From: Girardia tigrina
Lineage: Eukaryota
DNA: 57,575 nt
Direction of reading: 5' to 3'
Assembly: GCA_001938485.1 (NCBI GenBank)
Contig: MQRK01223361.1
Coordinates: 39,948-97,522, forward strand
The position numbers were made by a program, and so were the translations under genes. Within the stretch, counting starts at the first letter, position 1; the number at the start of each line of letters is the position of its first letter. The notes below the pieces were generated by a model, which was not told the DNA's origin, searched no databases, and saw only the letters and a list, made by a program, of their open reading frames with translations. Positions 1 through 13,559 of the stretch are shown here, piece after piece.

Positions 1-138
1 AGGTATGTTTTTTGTTCACGAATCTATTTCATAGTTCGATTTCATAGAAATTTGCATTTAAAAAGTCTGCTACAACGCTGATTATCTAAAAATAAACCAG
101 ACAATGAAAGGTGCACAGGTACTTTCTGAACGCACTGT
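1..138. mobile_element. End of a Tc1-like element
   Basis: Terminates in ...ctttctgaacgcactg-TA, a CAGTG-type TIR. Confidence 0.5.
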
Positions 139-851
139 ATAAAGTGCACCGATATTTCTAAACAAGTTCGTAGAAATAAATCAATACCTCATTTTCAAGA
201 AGACAGTTGATTATTTATTGCCATAAAGAACATTGGATATATAGACGCATAAAACATTAAGGCAGTTTGAATTATTGAAAGAATATTATTTGTATAAAAT
301 CGATTTTAGTCGTTTCTGATACTAAACAATAAATAGGTTGCTACATTCTAGACAATAAAACAATTATTACAAAAGTTTGGCAGTAAACAATCAAATGAGA
401 ATAGAATTTAATGAATAGATATTATCAAATTATAATCAAAAGTGCATTTTTTCCAATTATACAAAGTAATAGTCTAATTTTATTATTTTCCCCAATAGAA
501 AGTCGCAAGATATATAGAAGGGCGAAGAAACTAAACAGTTTTACTTTCTCAGTCCATTTAAGGGTTTCCTTTCGTAAAGAAAAAAATGAATAACAACATA
601 AAGTTCATCTGGAAATGACTCCTACAATCATTTGTTTGTCTTTGTTAATCAGTACGGCACTTAGTGTAAATACCACACGAGTCAAGACAGTGTTTCGAAT
701 AAATTAAATTGATAATAGTTATTGCAATGTCATGAAATAATTTAAGTTTTGATCAAGGAATACAAATACAACAACCACAATAGCACATCTTGTATAATTG
801 ATAGAGAGAAGGACAACTATTGATACATTATTGAGCTTGAATGTATTTTAA

Positions 852-1072
852 CCCTTTCCTGTCTGAATAAAGAATTAAATTGGCATCCTTAAATCACTTT
901 TGCAACTTTGAAATGATAAAAACAAAATGGCGTTTGATAAAACATGTGTAAGAATAATTTGTATATTCGTCTATTGATCAGAAATAAAAATATTATTTGT
1001 ATTTTGCCATAGATGCCTATAAAATATTAAAATGAAACATGATTCCATATGACATCAATAGCCAGGAAAGGG
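852..1072. mobile_element. piggyBac-type MITE
   Basis: TTAA-CCCTTTCCTG ... CAGGAAAGGG-TTAA. Confidence 0.8.
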
Positions 1073-1993
1073 TTAATTATATTGTAATATAGTTTTTGTC
1101 ATTTTCATAAAAAAGCGTTGGAGTCATTTCAATTTCTGCATGACTGTATACTCAAGAAATATTTACCATTCAAAATACAAAACCTTTATGATGGTGAAAT
1201 GAAAAACTAAATCCAAATTATGTTTTCATCATCCCTTCGATAAAGTCTGATGCAACTAGATTCATCTGAAGAGACAATAAAACTTAAAAAATCACCGATG
1301 CTTTGTTGTCCATCTAGAATTTCGATTAGAACTATAGAATCATAATTATTTGTTTAGACTAGCAACAATTACGGAGGTAACTTTATTAAGATTGAACCTC
1401 TCTGGATCTTTTCGACATTTATGTTAAACAATTAGTTATGTGAACTGAATAAAAATTATTAATTTGCAAACATTTCTTCATTAATCGCCGACTGAATAAT
1501 CTTGTAAATGCAGTCATAATTATTAAAAAATAGTAATTTCAGAGTTCACAATCTATGAAATCAGTCATGCGATAAATTCAATACCTAATTTTATAGCGTA
1601 CAAATATTTGTAACTGTAATGAATAGGTCCTATTAGAAATATTTGTTGTTTATGTCTTATGTTGTTTGTATTTACATATTTTTAGAATGATTTCTGTTAG
1701 TTCTGGTGATAGATTGCTATTTCAAATACATGAAGAAGTGCCACGTTGATCCATGGTAATACCTTACCACGTAAAGGATCTGTCTCGTTAAGGCGACTGT
1801 GTTGTCTCAAACGGAAGCGAATATCATAGTATTACTATTTTGAGATATTTCATATTGAAAATATAATTATATTATTTCAAACGATTTAATTTTACCTATG
1901 ACCCATATCACTTTTTATGGGTTCTAAACTTTAATAGTTATATATAAAGGGGAAATAAATAATGGTTTTCCAATCGTTACGCTATCAAAAATA

Positions 1994-3126
1994 CAGGGTG
2001 CGGCAGCTATTTGAGAACAAAATGACATAAAGTTCAAAAAATGAATATACAACAGAAAAATAACATTTATTACAATTTAAAATTTTACATATATTAACAC
2101 GTANNNNNNNNNNNNNNNNNNNNNNNNNNNNNNNNNNNNNNNNNNNNNNNNNNNNNNNNNNNNNNNNNNNNNNNNNNNNNNNNNNNNNNNNNNNNNNNNN
2201 NNNNNNNNNNNNNNNNNNNNNNNNNNNNNNNNNNNNNNNNNNNNNNNNNNNNNNNNNNNNNNNNNNNNNNNNNNNNNNNNNNNNNNNNNNNNNNNNNNNN
2301 NNNNNNNNNNNNNNNNNNNNNNNNNNNNNNNNNNNNNNNNNNNNNNNNNNNNNNNNNNNNNNNNNNNNNNNNNNNNNNNNNNNNNNNNNNNNNNNNNNNN
2401 NNNNNNNNNNNNNNNNNNNNNNNNNNNNNNNNNNNNNNNNNNNNNNNNNNNNNNNNNNNNNNNNNNNNNNNNNNNNNNNNNNNNNNNNNNNNNNNNNNNN
2501 NNNNNNNNNNNNNNNNNNNNNNNNNNNNNNNNNNNNNNNNNNNNNNNNNNNNNNNNNNNNNNNNNNNNNNNNNNNNNNNNNNNNNNNNNNNNNNNNNNNN
2601 NNNNNNNNNNNNNNNNNNNNNNNNNNNNNNNNNNNNNNNNNNNNNNNNNNNNNNNNNNNNNNNNNNNNNNNNNNNNNNNNNNNNNNNNNNNNNNNNNNNN
2701 NNNNNNNNNNNNNNNNNNNNNNNNNNNNNNNNNNNNNNNNNNNNNNNNNNNNNNNNNNNNNNNNNNNNNNNNNNNNNNNNNNNNNNNNNNNNNNNNNNNN
2801 NNNNNNNNNNNNNNNNNNNNNNNNNNNNNNNNNNNNNNNNNNNNNNNNNNNNNNNNNNNNNNNNNNNNNNNNNNNNNNNNNNNNNNNNNNNNNNNNNNNN
2901 NNNNNNNNNNNNNNNNNNNNNNNNNNNNNNNNNNNNNNNNNNNNNNNNNNNNNNNNNNNNNNNNNNNNNNNNNNNNNNNNNNNNNNNNNNNNNNNNNATG
3001 CCTTTTCATTTCATTCGTAAGAGTAGCTTCTGCCATGTCTACCAGCAAAAATAAAATTATGTAATTATAACACACAAAAAGATATGGTGTCAATATTACG
3101 TGTTCTCAAATAGCTGTCGCACCCTG
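1994..3126 (-). mobile_element. Tc1/mariner superfamily element, mostly in an N gap
   Basis: TA-flanked TIRs CAGGGTGCG(G/A)CAGCTATTTGAGAACA; ORF start MAEATLTNEMKRH runs into the gap. Confidence 0.85.
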
Positions 3127-3233
3127 TAAATGTACTGTATTGTAACTATATACTAAATATTGTCTCAATGTAAACAGGTTTAATGATTGACATTTTAGTA
3201 ATATATAGGTAAACAAATTTAATTAAAAATTAC

Positions 3234-3303
3234 CAATGAATATAAGGCTTAATAAATTGAACCATTGACCTATGTATGTCAACATCCAGAAGAAGATAAA
3301 TGC
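3234..3303 (-). CDS. RTN: Reticulon 70-nt exon, second hydrophobic segment
   Basis: ttag|AFIFFWMLTYIGQWFNLLSLIFI|gtaatt resembles FAVLMWVFTYVGALFNGLTLLIL. Remaining 3' exons were not found and probably lie left of the window. Confidence 0.9.
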
Positions 3304-4129
3304 CTAAATAGAGACAATTTATAAAATCATACATTACTAAAATAAATTATTTGTAAAAACCGATATATATGGACAAAATGTAGAAGTATTAAATTAGAGA
3401 TTAGTGCAATGATGAACACAATGATTAATTGTTCACGATACAAATCGGATGAAGTATTTATAGAATACGACATGGATGACGAACAAATAACAAAATGAGC
3501 TAAATGCTAAAGTGTAATCGGTATGCCACGGTGACTAAATAATGACGCTTCGTATAAAATGATGGAATCCCAATTATTACTGCATGAAATATGAATGTAT
3601 CTCGAATTCCATTTTACAACTAGACATAATTATGCGAATGGTTGAAAGCAACGATAAAAAATGATTTTTGGTTAACCTCTGTAAGATTAAATAATTTTAA
3701 TCAATCAAAATGTATTAATTAACTGTTTAGAAAGAATATAAAAATATAGATACTGGGGTATAAATTTCCAATAGTTATTCGATGCCGTAAAAACTATTAT
3801 GAACAGCATCTAATGCATCAAGAATTAACTTCTTATAAGATGCATTATTCAAAAGATCATGGAATTGCGTAAGACAAGACTTATAAACTAGAATCATAAA
3901 ATACTAACTAGTTTTTTGAAAAAGAATTCTGTGTAATTGTACATACGTAAAGCGCCAATTAAAAACCCGGAATGAAGATCTAATAATATTTCAATTTGAT
4001 TGACTTTTTGTAATATATTTATTGAGTATTTTAAGTACTTGAAATACAATTTGTTTTAGTGCAGCATCTGCATGTGGTCTAATTTTTGCGGACATTGAAA
4101 TGTTCGTCATAGTCATCTATTCTCCTATG

Positions 4130-5030
4130 GAATTTCGTAGTGTAATAAAGTTTCTTGTCTTGAGGAATTTGTCGGCGAAGGAAATTATTGAGAAGTTGAG
4201 GAATAAATAACATGAAGAAAGCCCATCCAAAATTACTATTTATGACTAGATTGCATAATTTAAACATGGTAGACAATGTTTATGGTGAGAAAAGTATTGG
4301 AAATTGGCGAAAACATTAAAGGAAAATTTTAGAATATTTTGACAGAAAACTTGACAGACGCATCACAACAAGAATGCTCTGCGACAGTTTGGATTCCTTA
4401 ATAAAATCTATGGGTCTGAGAAAACTTTCTTCACGGTTCGTTACACGCTTCCTAACAAGAGATATATGTGAAAATAGGCCCAGTTTGTGCTAGGCCAATC
4501 TCATGACATTCGGAGCCAGTTGGATATATGTTTCTGCAAAATATCGTGACAGTTGACGAAACCCCACTCTATATATCTACCATATATCTAAGGAGCGGGG
4601 ATTCCAAAATGAAGAGAAAATAAAGAAGCTACAAGTATCAAGTTGCCACAGAAAATTTCTCATATTAACGATTTTTTGGAATTTTCATGGCGTGGTTGCA
4701 ATAAATTTTACTGAAAAAGTTGTGAAAATTAACTCATGTTACTATGTCCCCCAAGTCCAGAAAGCCAAGAACTCCAGCGAAAATCCAACAGATGCAATCT
4801 TTGTTTTCTCCAGGATAATGCCCCAATAAACAAAAGTACATTTTCTACAAGCGAAATCTCTTGTGTTTCCTCCATCTCAAGAAACACGTATGAATTAGAT
4901 ATTTGACCTTAGAAGCAGAATTAAAAGTGGTGCAAGAATTTACTGCAAGAACCTACCAATTTTTACGAAAATGCCTTTTTGGAGCTGGAAAAAGTGTCCC
5001 TTAAAAACTATTCAAGTGTCATGTTCTTTC
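4130..5030 (+). mobile_element. Decayed mariner transposase
   Basis: Remnants SRFVTRFLT (WVPR-like), NIVTVDETP, IFW..HGV, FLQDNAP. Confidence 0.75.
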
Positions 5031-5899
5031 TACTTCATTCCAGATATTTAATGGGCGCACTATGTATTTCATACATACATTTTTTGAAAGCTAAACTTTT
5101 TAACAAGTTTCAAAACTCAAATATTGAATGACCAACAGAAACCATTAACAATAATTTTTTAGAAACTCTTGGTGAAGACACGAAGTCGATCTTTCCAAAA
5201 TAAATAAGGACACTAATTTTATATTATAAAATATAAAACTTATTTGATTAATGATTTACAACTTGATGATCGATTTTGAAGAAATATGTTTCAAGATAAA
5301 TTAAACGAAATTATCCACACTGATGATAGATCTCGTTTTTGACGAAGGAAAGATGGATCAGAAAAGTTCATGTCCCTGTGACGTCTCCGACAGACAATGA
5401 ATAGATCGATATTCGTATCTCGCTATATGGTGCATATGGAGAAGAACTAATCCTTCCAGGAGGACTCATTCGATTCTGTGACTCAAAACACACAGTACTC
5501 TTGGTAAATAAACTCTTGGTTTTAAAAAGCGATTTTTCGATTGAAGTTCTGTTTTATTTTATGTTGACTTTTGCGATTTACATCATTTTCCCAATGACTG
5601 ACTATAAATTATAGTTTTTGTATACGTTTTAATTTATCGATTATTAAATTTGGATGAATGAAAACAAACTGAAATGAAAAATATTAAAGCTATTTAAACG
5701 CATAAAAAGTTGTTATTTTGAATTGAAAATTGTTTCGGCAAAATAAAAATTACGTGACCGTCGGATTTTAAAATTATTGTTGAATTGCAAGAACGACTGA
5801 CGAAATGAAATCTCAAATTTTTCGGTTATGAAAATCAAATTAATCCTTCAAATGGAAATTCGTTAAAAAAGGTGTAAGTGATTCTTTGATAATCATTGG

Positions 5900-6602
5900 T
5901 ATCGTTGGTCTCGAGATATTTAATCGATGCAAGACAAATTAAACTGATTAATTTATACTAATGAGTTGAATATTGATGCAGAAAAAAGACTCTTAGTGAT
6001 TTCTGGTATTCGAAAATTGATACGATTGTGGAATAAATCTGTGAAATATGTCATCATTGATTCCGTTTTGACAAATCTTGAGCAAAACGATTGTTTTTCC
6101 AACATTATATCCGAACTGAAGAAAATTCTTATCGTCACTGTTTATCATTTAAATGTGCCGAATAATGATTTGAAATTTGCGGATATTGAAGAATCACGAA
6201 TGATCAGAAATTTTACAAAACATCAGCCAGTTATAATTCAAGTTTGTGTGCAGCTCGTCGCTACGGAGTCATAAACTTCGCTAGGGACCCCACCAACTGT
6301 GAGATTATACGTTACATTTAACAGAGGCAGAGAAATATCCCACCGATAACTAAGAGCCACGATCCCGCAATCGGGGTCGCACTGGCTCTGAAAGTATTTG
6401 TGGCACAAAATAGTGCTGATTTTTCTGTTTGGTGCTTTTTAAATGAATATTTGCCTCGTCAGAAAATCAACAATTTGCAAGATCTCCGTCAAGAATTGTT
6501 TAAGGCCCGGGCTAATTCTGATTCGGTTATTTAACAAAAAATTGTTCTTATATATCGTTAGAAAACTCTGGTAATAACAATACAAACTTATCGGCCACCC
6601 TG
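5900..6602 (+). mobile_element. Decayed Tc1/mariner-like element
   Basis: Ends in ...cggccaccctg-TA TIR with transposase-like remnants. Left boundary uncertain. Confidence 0.5.
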
Positions 6603-7090
6603 TATATAAGATAACCAATGATAAATACTGCTTGGTAAGTGTTTAATATTAATTTTAATAGAGTTACGGGTTTTACTTTCATATAATGACAATGTCGCAT
6701 TGGATTAAAAGATGTCCATATTATATGCAATCGATTTAATAATTATGGAAGGAGACTAACTCCAATGAAAACTATCTCAAAATCGGCTTGGCGTAGACAT
6801 AGAAATATTCCATAGATAACCGAAATCCAAATAAAATTTTATGACCAAGTGTTGTTCAAGTGGCATTCAACTGTGGTTGATAAAAAATAATCATTACTTG
6901 TACAATTGAGCTGTTATGTAATAAAGAATATTGATTTACGAAGTAAAATTAAGAGCAACTGATAAAATTCAATTATATTTTCATGTTTGTCAACAGTGTT
7001 TCTTCAATGAATATTAAATCTATGTAAAGGAATTGAAAATTATTTTAATATAGAATTAAATTTATTTAATGAAAATAACAAATTACTCAC

Positions 7091-7220
7091 TTTAAGATTC
7101 TTACTAATCGACACGACGTACGTCAGAGACTTGAACTCGTTATACAGATACTCGACCCAACTGAGCGCGCTGTCGACGCAAACTTGAATGTCGTCACCGG
7201 TGATGCTGATGCCGCAATTG
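7091..7220 (-). CDS. RTN: Reticulon RHD loop exon (Nogo-66 equivalent)
   Basis: cag|C AAT...; NCGISITGDDIQVCVDSALSWVEYLYNEFKSLTYVVSISKNLK|gtgagt resembles ISEELVQKYSNSALGHVNCTIKELRRLFLVDDLVDSLK. Phase 2 to 0. Confidence 0.88.
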
Positions 7221-9345
7221 CTGATTTATTGTCGTCATTATTTTTATTTTTTTTATTATTCAGTGATACTATTAATTAGACACACACTGATCAGTTTAGA
7301 CACACACCAGCATGCCGTCAATATTTTCATGAGATACACAATTTATTGCAAAATATTTATGTGAATAATTTTAATAAAATTAAATCGCCAAAAATTTTCA
7401 ATTATAATAAATAATTAAAAATCAAACGAATATTTTTAATTAGACAATAAATGTCTGATTCCATATACTGTAATTACGTTCGGAGAGCAATTGAATTTTC
7501 TACCAGAAGGAAAATATTATATGTTCGAATCAAATAGATTTTAACTACTTTCAAATTTAATGATTACTGTCTAAAAACCGTTTAAATTACTTAATATTTA
7601 TTATTTCTTGATAAAGTATAATTAAACCATTTATTATCATGCATGTTACATTTCTTTCTGAATAAAAATAAATCCCGATCTGAACTTCTTCTAAAAATCC
7701 ACTTTGGGAATGCCAAAACATTATTCTGAGGCGCAATGAACAGGAGAATCATTGTAATTATTTAGATCTGGCATCGGGATATCATCGAGGAGATCATTGG
7801 TCAAAACACGTTGCGCACGGGCAAATTATATTGGTATATTTGTGTGTGTATAGATAGAGTGAAAGATAACAATTTTCGTTTTAAAATGATTATGTGATCA
7901 ATAGAAACTTTAATTTAACAAATTAAGTTTCTTTACTACCGGATGTATCGGTGTGTATCTTACGCAAGAGATAATTATACAAGATAGTCGATGTACTTAC
8001 AGTATTGCATGGTTTAATGTAACTACGTCTAATACTATTTTATAAAAATATGAGAAAAGTGAATCCATTTATATTATGACCCCTTAACCTAGAACTGAGA
8101 TAAATTCAAGTTAAAAGCCTTGATTTAAATGGTTTTAATTATTATTTTAAAGAATAAGTTATTCCACAGCCTTGATTAATCCATAAACCAAGTTTTATTA
8201 GCTTATGAATTATATTTAGTGCTGGCAATCATGGGATCTCGGATAATATCTCGAACCCGAAATCCCAGTCTTTCGGGATTTTCGAAAAATTTGTTTCCAC
8301 ACAGTTAAATTCGATTCGAAAGCTATGGCTTATAAAACTTAATTATGAATTTATTATTAATTTTTACACTTTATTCGACACTACTTTAGGTGAATAAAGA
8401 CAATTTTTATAAATTAGTTTTTTAAAACTTTTATAATAAAAGTTATAATTTATAGCTTTAAAAAAATTGATCACTTTTTAAATTTAAATTTTCTTTTTTT
8501 GGCAAAAAAATCCCTTAATTAATCAGTTATAATTGATTTATAACAATTTGTGAAAACTTTAACTTATAAACTATTAAAGTTAAAAATAAAGTTTTTGACT
8601 GTACAATACAAGTCTGAAAGCTGAAATTGAAAATAAGGTCGATCCAGTGTGGAAAGAAACAAGTAATGAAGATAAAGACTTAGAGGATGAATCAACTGAT
8701 TCCTTCTAAATAGATAAGCAATATGTTGGCCATTTTACGTCGTTCTCTGAATAAAAATAGAAGAAGTCATTGTGAAAACGTTCAGTCGGTCTCCTAAATA
8801 AAATGATAAATATTTGAATAATGTAATTTAGTAGTTTTAGGTCAAATTTTTTAAATTACCACTTTGTTAAACGCTGAAAATACGTAAATTTTACTTTGCA
8901 CTATTTTACATCTATTTTCACTGTGACAGTATTCTATCATTTTATAATAACTACGTGAAAATATTTTCATTAACAATTAAATAAGAAATATTTTGATAGC
9001 GCAGAATCAAATATATGTGCTATAAAAATATTTTATTAATTTATAAATAAACAAATATTTTGTGTATTCGTTATATTATAATTCTACATGATAATCATTA
9101 GAGTGAATCTACTAGAGAATGGAACAGGTAAAACAATAGAGATAACACAAACATACGACTCATTTTTAAGATTACTTCTCATACTGAAACATACCTCTAA
9201 TTTACCCTGGATGTCTTAATAATTCCATTAAATAGCTGATTTTTATGGTAAAAATAGACTAGGAAATATTAAAGATTTTATGTTTATTCAACAAAATATT
9301 TGAGATTTTAAACAGCTAAATTTAAATTAGACTAAGCATAATTAA

Positions 9346-9570
9346 CCCTTAAACCGCAACATACCTAGGCGTTAATGCAATCTAAACGCCAAATTATTTT
9401 TTATTATTTCGTTAGAAAAACTCATCACTATGAAATCAAACGAGAAATTTTGCCTCTGAAGCTATTTTAGTAATGCTTGTTGCAGTATAGATGGTACCGT
9501 CAATAATCGGTTCCGGTGTCTAATAAAAAGTACCGGGAACCGTTTATTGCCGGTTCCGACTGTTTAAGGG
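9346..9570. mobile_element. piggyBac-type MITE
   Basis: TTAA-CCCTTAAAC ... GTTTAAGGG-TTAG. Confidence 0.7.
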
Positions 9571-12129
9571 TTAGGTAGTATATCAATACAGATAACGTTT
9601 TAATGGTCTGGATCTTATCAGAATTAATTATGAAATTCATAACAGTGACGAGCTTGTCAATTAAAATAAAATGTCTTTCATGATTGTAAGAGAAAAATAG
9701 AGTGAGAGGGTTGAATAAAAAAAATGAAGGCAAATAAGGATTGCAAGTATTGTAGCAATACAAAGTTCCAATCTTGAATTGATAAGCTACTAGTATAAAT
9801 CAGAGCATAATAAAACAAGTAAGAAAAATCAAATACTGCTTTTGCAATAGTTTCAGTTTGTTGCACAAGATTGCTGTAGTATTTTCTGTTAAGGAAAACA
9901 TTAGACTTCGCAAAAACTGTGAAAATCATGTTACTTATATCCCAAAAATCTCAAGCATGAAAACTTTTTTTATGTTACTTAAACTGGTCTCATCTCGTAC
10001 TTCTCATCAACACCATATCATCAACACGTATATCAGCAGTAAGTAGACATTAACACTTTTATAATGCCACTTAATACCAGTTATGTGTCCAAAGTACCTT
10101 TACAGACATTTAGATGTATTATGTGATTTTTTCATTGTAATTCTTGTTTCATTTTTAATTATTTACTACAGCTTTTCACTGATTTGACAGGACCTTCCAA
10201 ACTTTGTAAGATTTACAACATTTGTTCGTCCAGTTTTAAATTCAATGAGCCACTGGTGTATTGAAACCAACGAAAAACTTTCGTCATCATAATTATGATA
10301 CTGTTACATTGGAATGTTATTTAAACTTTTCCTTCTGAGATACAAAAAGTAAGTTACACTTCATTTTCAAAGTAACTTAATAAGCTAATAAAGATGAGAA
10401 AGACTCGCTAATTATTGGGCCCATCATATAAAAAGTAAAACCATCATATTATAGAGACTGTTGTTAATTTAACATCAAAAATCGATATTCGACATTTGAT
10501 TACAGTAATTGTGACATTGTAAGTTACACTGATTAAAGAGTAAAGAAAATCTAAGTGTATAATACTCGTTGCGAGCACGGAATTTCTCATTGCGACAGAA
10601 ACAAATTATACTTCACTTTTCCCAGTGACTCTTTGTTAAATTATTATCTTGCTAAATTCGTTATACAATTTCATTTGGAATTTTATTTCAAAAATAAATA
10701 ACTGTATCAAAATAAAAAATAAAGATAAATATTTCAATTTCGAGTAATATATTGCAACTATGTTTATGGTTTCTTGGTTAATGTAATCTGTTCGAGTGAA
10801 TTCAATCCAGCGTAGAAGTGTTTCTGTTAAAATAACATTTAACAAACTGCTTAAAAACATTTCAGATTCTTACAAGTCTTGTTGGCTTCTTAAATTTTAG
10901 AAAATAAATATGAAATTAAAAAGTTTTGAGAAATTAAACGGCACGTAGAATCAACTGAACAAAATTATTTTCAGTTTTAATGATCGTTATATATTATTAG
11001 TGTTAGGAATATTTATAGGGTATTCCTATGCAGGATCCACTGTAGATAAGCAGTCCAGCACACTTCCATATAGTGTCCTGGGAAACTGGAATGGACGAAT
11101 ATCGGTCTATTGGCGAAAATGCCTGAAAGCTAAGCAATTGCTTATATGTTTATCGTAGTACCAGTTGGCTTGCAATCCAGTTAATAGATTTAGCTTGAAA
11201 TGAGTGTATTGATTGTAAGACTGAGTAGTGATACTCGTCATTGTATAAACCTATAAAGAACGATGAAAGCATGGTCGATAATGCGATAAGGTGTTTACTG
11301 AAACAATTGTTGAAAACATTATTAGCGTGCCAAACCTAAAAAGCCTCGAAATTAATGCGCCAATGAATGGTAGAATCGCTATGGCATTCTGAAGAAACAC
11401 ATCTATTTTTAAGAATCAAGACATCATTGAAAGGTTGAAGTGTATATTTCCAGGTGATACGGAGAAGAATAGATCAAGACATACAATGGCCATTTGATTC
11501 TGTGAGAGAAGATTGAATTAAAAGAAAGTATAGATGAAATAGCTCGACCTCGAAATGATGAGGGATTTAAAGACCTGCATAAAAGTTCGAATCATGAAAG
11601 AATAAATGAAACATAGAAACAAAATTTCGCCTATCCGAAAATAATGACACCACGTGTTTCTAATATCGCTTGCACTGTATTGTTGTGTTTTATAAATTAT
11701 AAAGCATTAAATTTGTAGACATAACCACAATAAATTCAAGTAGTTATAATTTGACAATGACTTGACATTTTTGACTCAGTTTTTTGTTCGATTGCTACAT
11801 ATAATTGGCTATTGAACACATCAATAAAAATACAATAAAATTACTGATGACTTGTTTTAATAACCAGTATTTTAAAAACTGGTAAAGGAATTTTTCGAAA
11901 TATTATGAAGTACGAATTCCTACGTGGAACCTCAACATCAGAAACCATGTAAAACATTAATAGTGTATTCAGATACAATGCTAGTACACAGCAGCCAGAA
12001 TTTTAAAGTGTTGTGAATTTATGTCTCCTTTACAATGCCTTTTATGTCATGCAATCTTACCTAGGCATTCATTACGACTATGTTCCTGGATTGTAAAGGA
12101 GGCATAAATTCACAAAACTTTTTGGGCCT

Positions 12130-13040
12130 CATTTTTTTCGAATGGTATTGAGCCTAAGGCTCTTTAGAGGGTGGATGCGTAACAACCGCGAAATGGGCAC
12201 TGGAAGCTTTTTTTTGCCTTTATGTCAGACATTTGGTAGTCTGTGCATTTCTTTAATGGCCTCTTCATTCTGGTTCCTCGGCATACTAAAACGTTTTATC
12301 CGACAACTGAGTATGGATTGGTTGTTTTGAGGATTGGCTTCTGTCGGTTCTTCCAAGTTGTCTTGTGTATTGGTTGATTGTTTATTTGACGTAGCTCGTT
12401 TGATGAATTGTACTCCTCCAATATGATGTCGTCCTAAATGTCTGTTGAGCTCTTTGATTTCAGCAAACGATTTGAAGCATTGATCCATTGCGGTCGAAAT
12501 CTTGGCATGAGAAGTCTTATCATTTCTCTGTTGTCACCATATTGGTTCACTTGTCGCATTCGGAGAATCTTTTCAATTTTCGGATCCAGTTACTAGATCT
12601 TCAATCTGTACTATTCTACGAAAATCGTCAAAGTCAAACTGATCTCCAAATAACCAATTCAGGTCCCCTTTGAGGCATTATGTCAGGTGTTGCCTCTTCC
12701 TTCCACTTACCTTCTTTCCACCAATTAACTCACACTGATTGAACTGCTTTACATTCTCTGGACATTCACCCAGTTCTAGTTTGATATGATAGATGAATCT
12801 TCTCTTTGCTAAGATGTTCATTGAATGCGATAATCCAACATTTAATAGTTCCATTCTGATCTCGGTTTTATGCACTCTCAGTGCTCTTCTAGTACATAGA
12901 TTGTGGAACTATTGGATGTGATCTACATTTGTTCTCCAGTTTTCTCTGCTGTAGTAAACCACCTGGAACACTCAACTAGCAATGATGTTCCTTTTGTTCC
13001 GGAGAGACAATTTTTATTATTCTTTAACACTGGTTTTAGA
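12130..13040 (-). mobile_element. 5'-truncated LINE of the same family, 3' end with zinc-finger remnant
   Basis: Reverse complement of 12900-13030 matches 49215-49370 (aaattgtctctccggaa...gtggtttactacagc). Encodes GGKKVSGRKRQ and FAEIKELNRHLGRHH. Confidence 0.8.
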
Positions 13041-13197
13041 ATTCTCAGCTTTGTTATACACTCAATTTAAGAATTATTGGGAGATATCTCAATCTATTCA
13101 GATCTTAATGTTCAAAAGGCACTCGATTAATTCCATGTAATAGATTAAACAATCATCTATTTCACAAATATTAGAAGTCAAAATAGCTAAAAATCAG

Positions 13198-13238
13198 TGA
13201 TCTGAAGATAACGGTAAAACCGTCGAAATATATTATCA
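13198..13238 (+). ncRNA. Minimal hammerhead ribozyme motif at the end of a Penelope-like relic
   Basis: tgat-CTGAAGA-t-a-ACGGT-aa-ACCGT-c-GAAA-TATAT-t-atca: core boxes, stem II, palindromic stem III, stem I tgat/atca. Confidence 0.7.
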
Positions 13239-13410
13239 AAAAAAGATTTTGAAATGGTGGTTCTTTTGTTTTTTTGTAAATAGCCATTATTTTGAAAATT
13301 TATTTACAATTAATTTATAAATCTTTTGTTTTTTATTTAATTTATATAATTATTTATTAACATATTTTTAAATAAAATCAGCAATAAGAATGTCAACGAT
13401 TGTCACTCAC

Positions 13411-13434
13411 GATAAAATCGTCGATTTGAATCGT
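13411..13434 (-). CDS. RTN: Reticulon 24-nt microexon (K)RFKSTIL(S)
   Basis: Pyrimidine tract ctctctctcgttccttgtccatag, then 24 nt, then gtgagt. Phase 2 to 2, and it supplies the RHD 'HPF' equivalent region. Confidence 0.7.
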
Positions 13435-13559
13435 CTATGGACAAGGAACGAGAGAGAGAGCGGAATTTATAAATAAATATAACAATATATAATTTAAATT
13501 CCGAAAGAAAACTAATCGTCATTTGTAATAAAAGAAAAAACAAGTTAATCTAAAATTAC

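Noticed and set aside
540-608. Possible final reticulon exon DELYVVIHFFLYERKPLNGLRK*
   Set aside because: Phase-compatible and contains LYER, but lacks the F(S/T).P motif and the amphipathic helix; evidence is too weak.
2077-3093. Long X-filled ORFs here and at 28831-29148, 38018-38662 and 50279-50509
   Set aside because: Artefacts of translating through N gaps and (TA)n runs.
7800-7840. Helitron-like 3' end (cgttgcgcacgggc...ttggt)
   Set aside because: The hairpin and CTAG terminus are too degraded to call.
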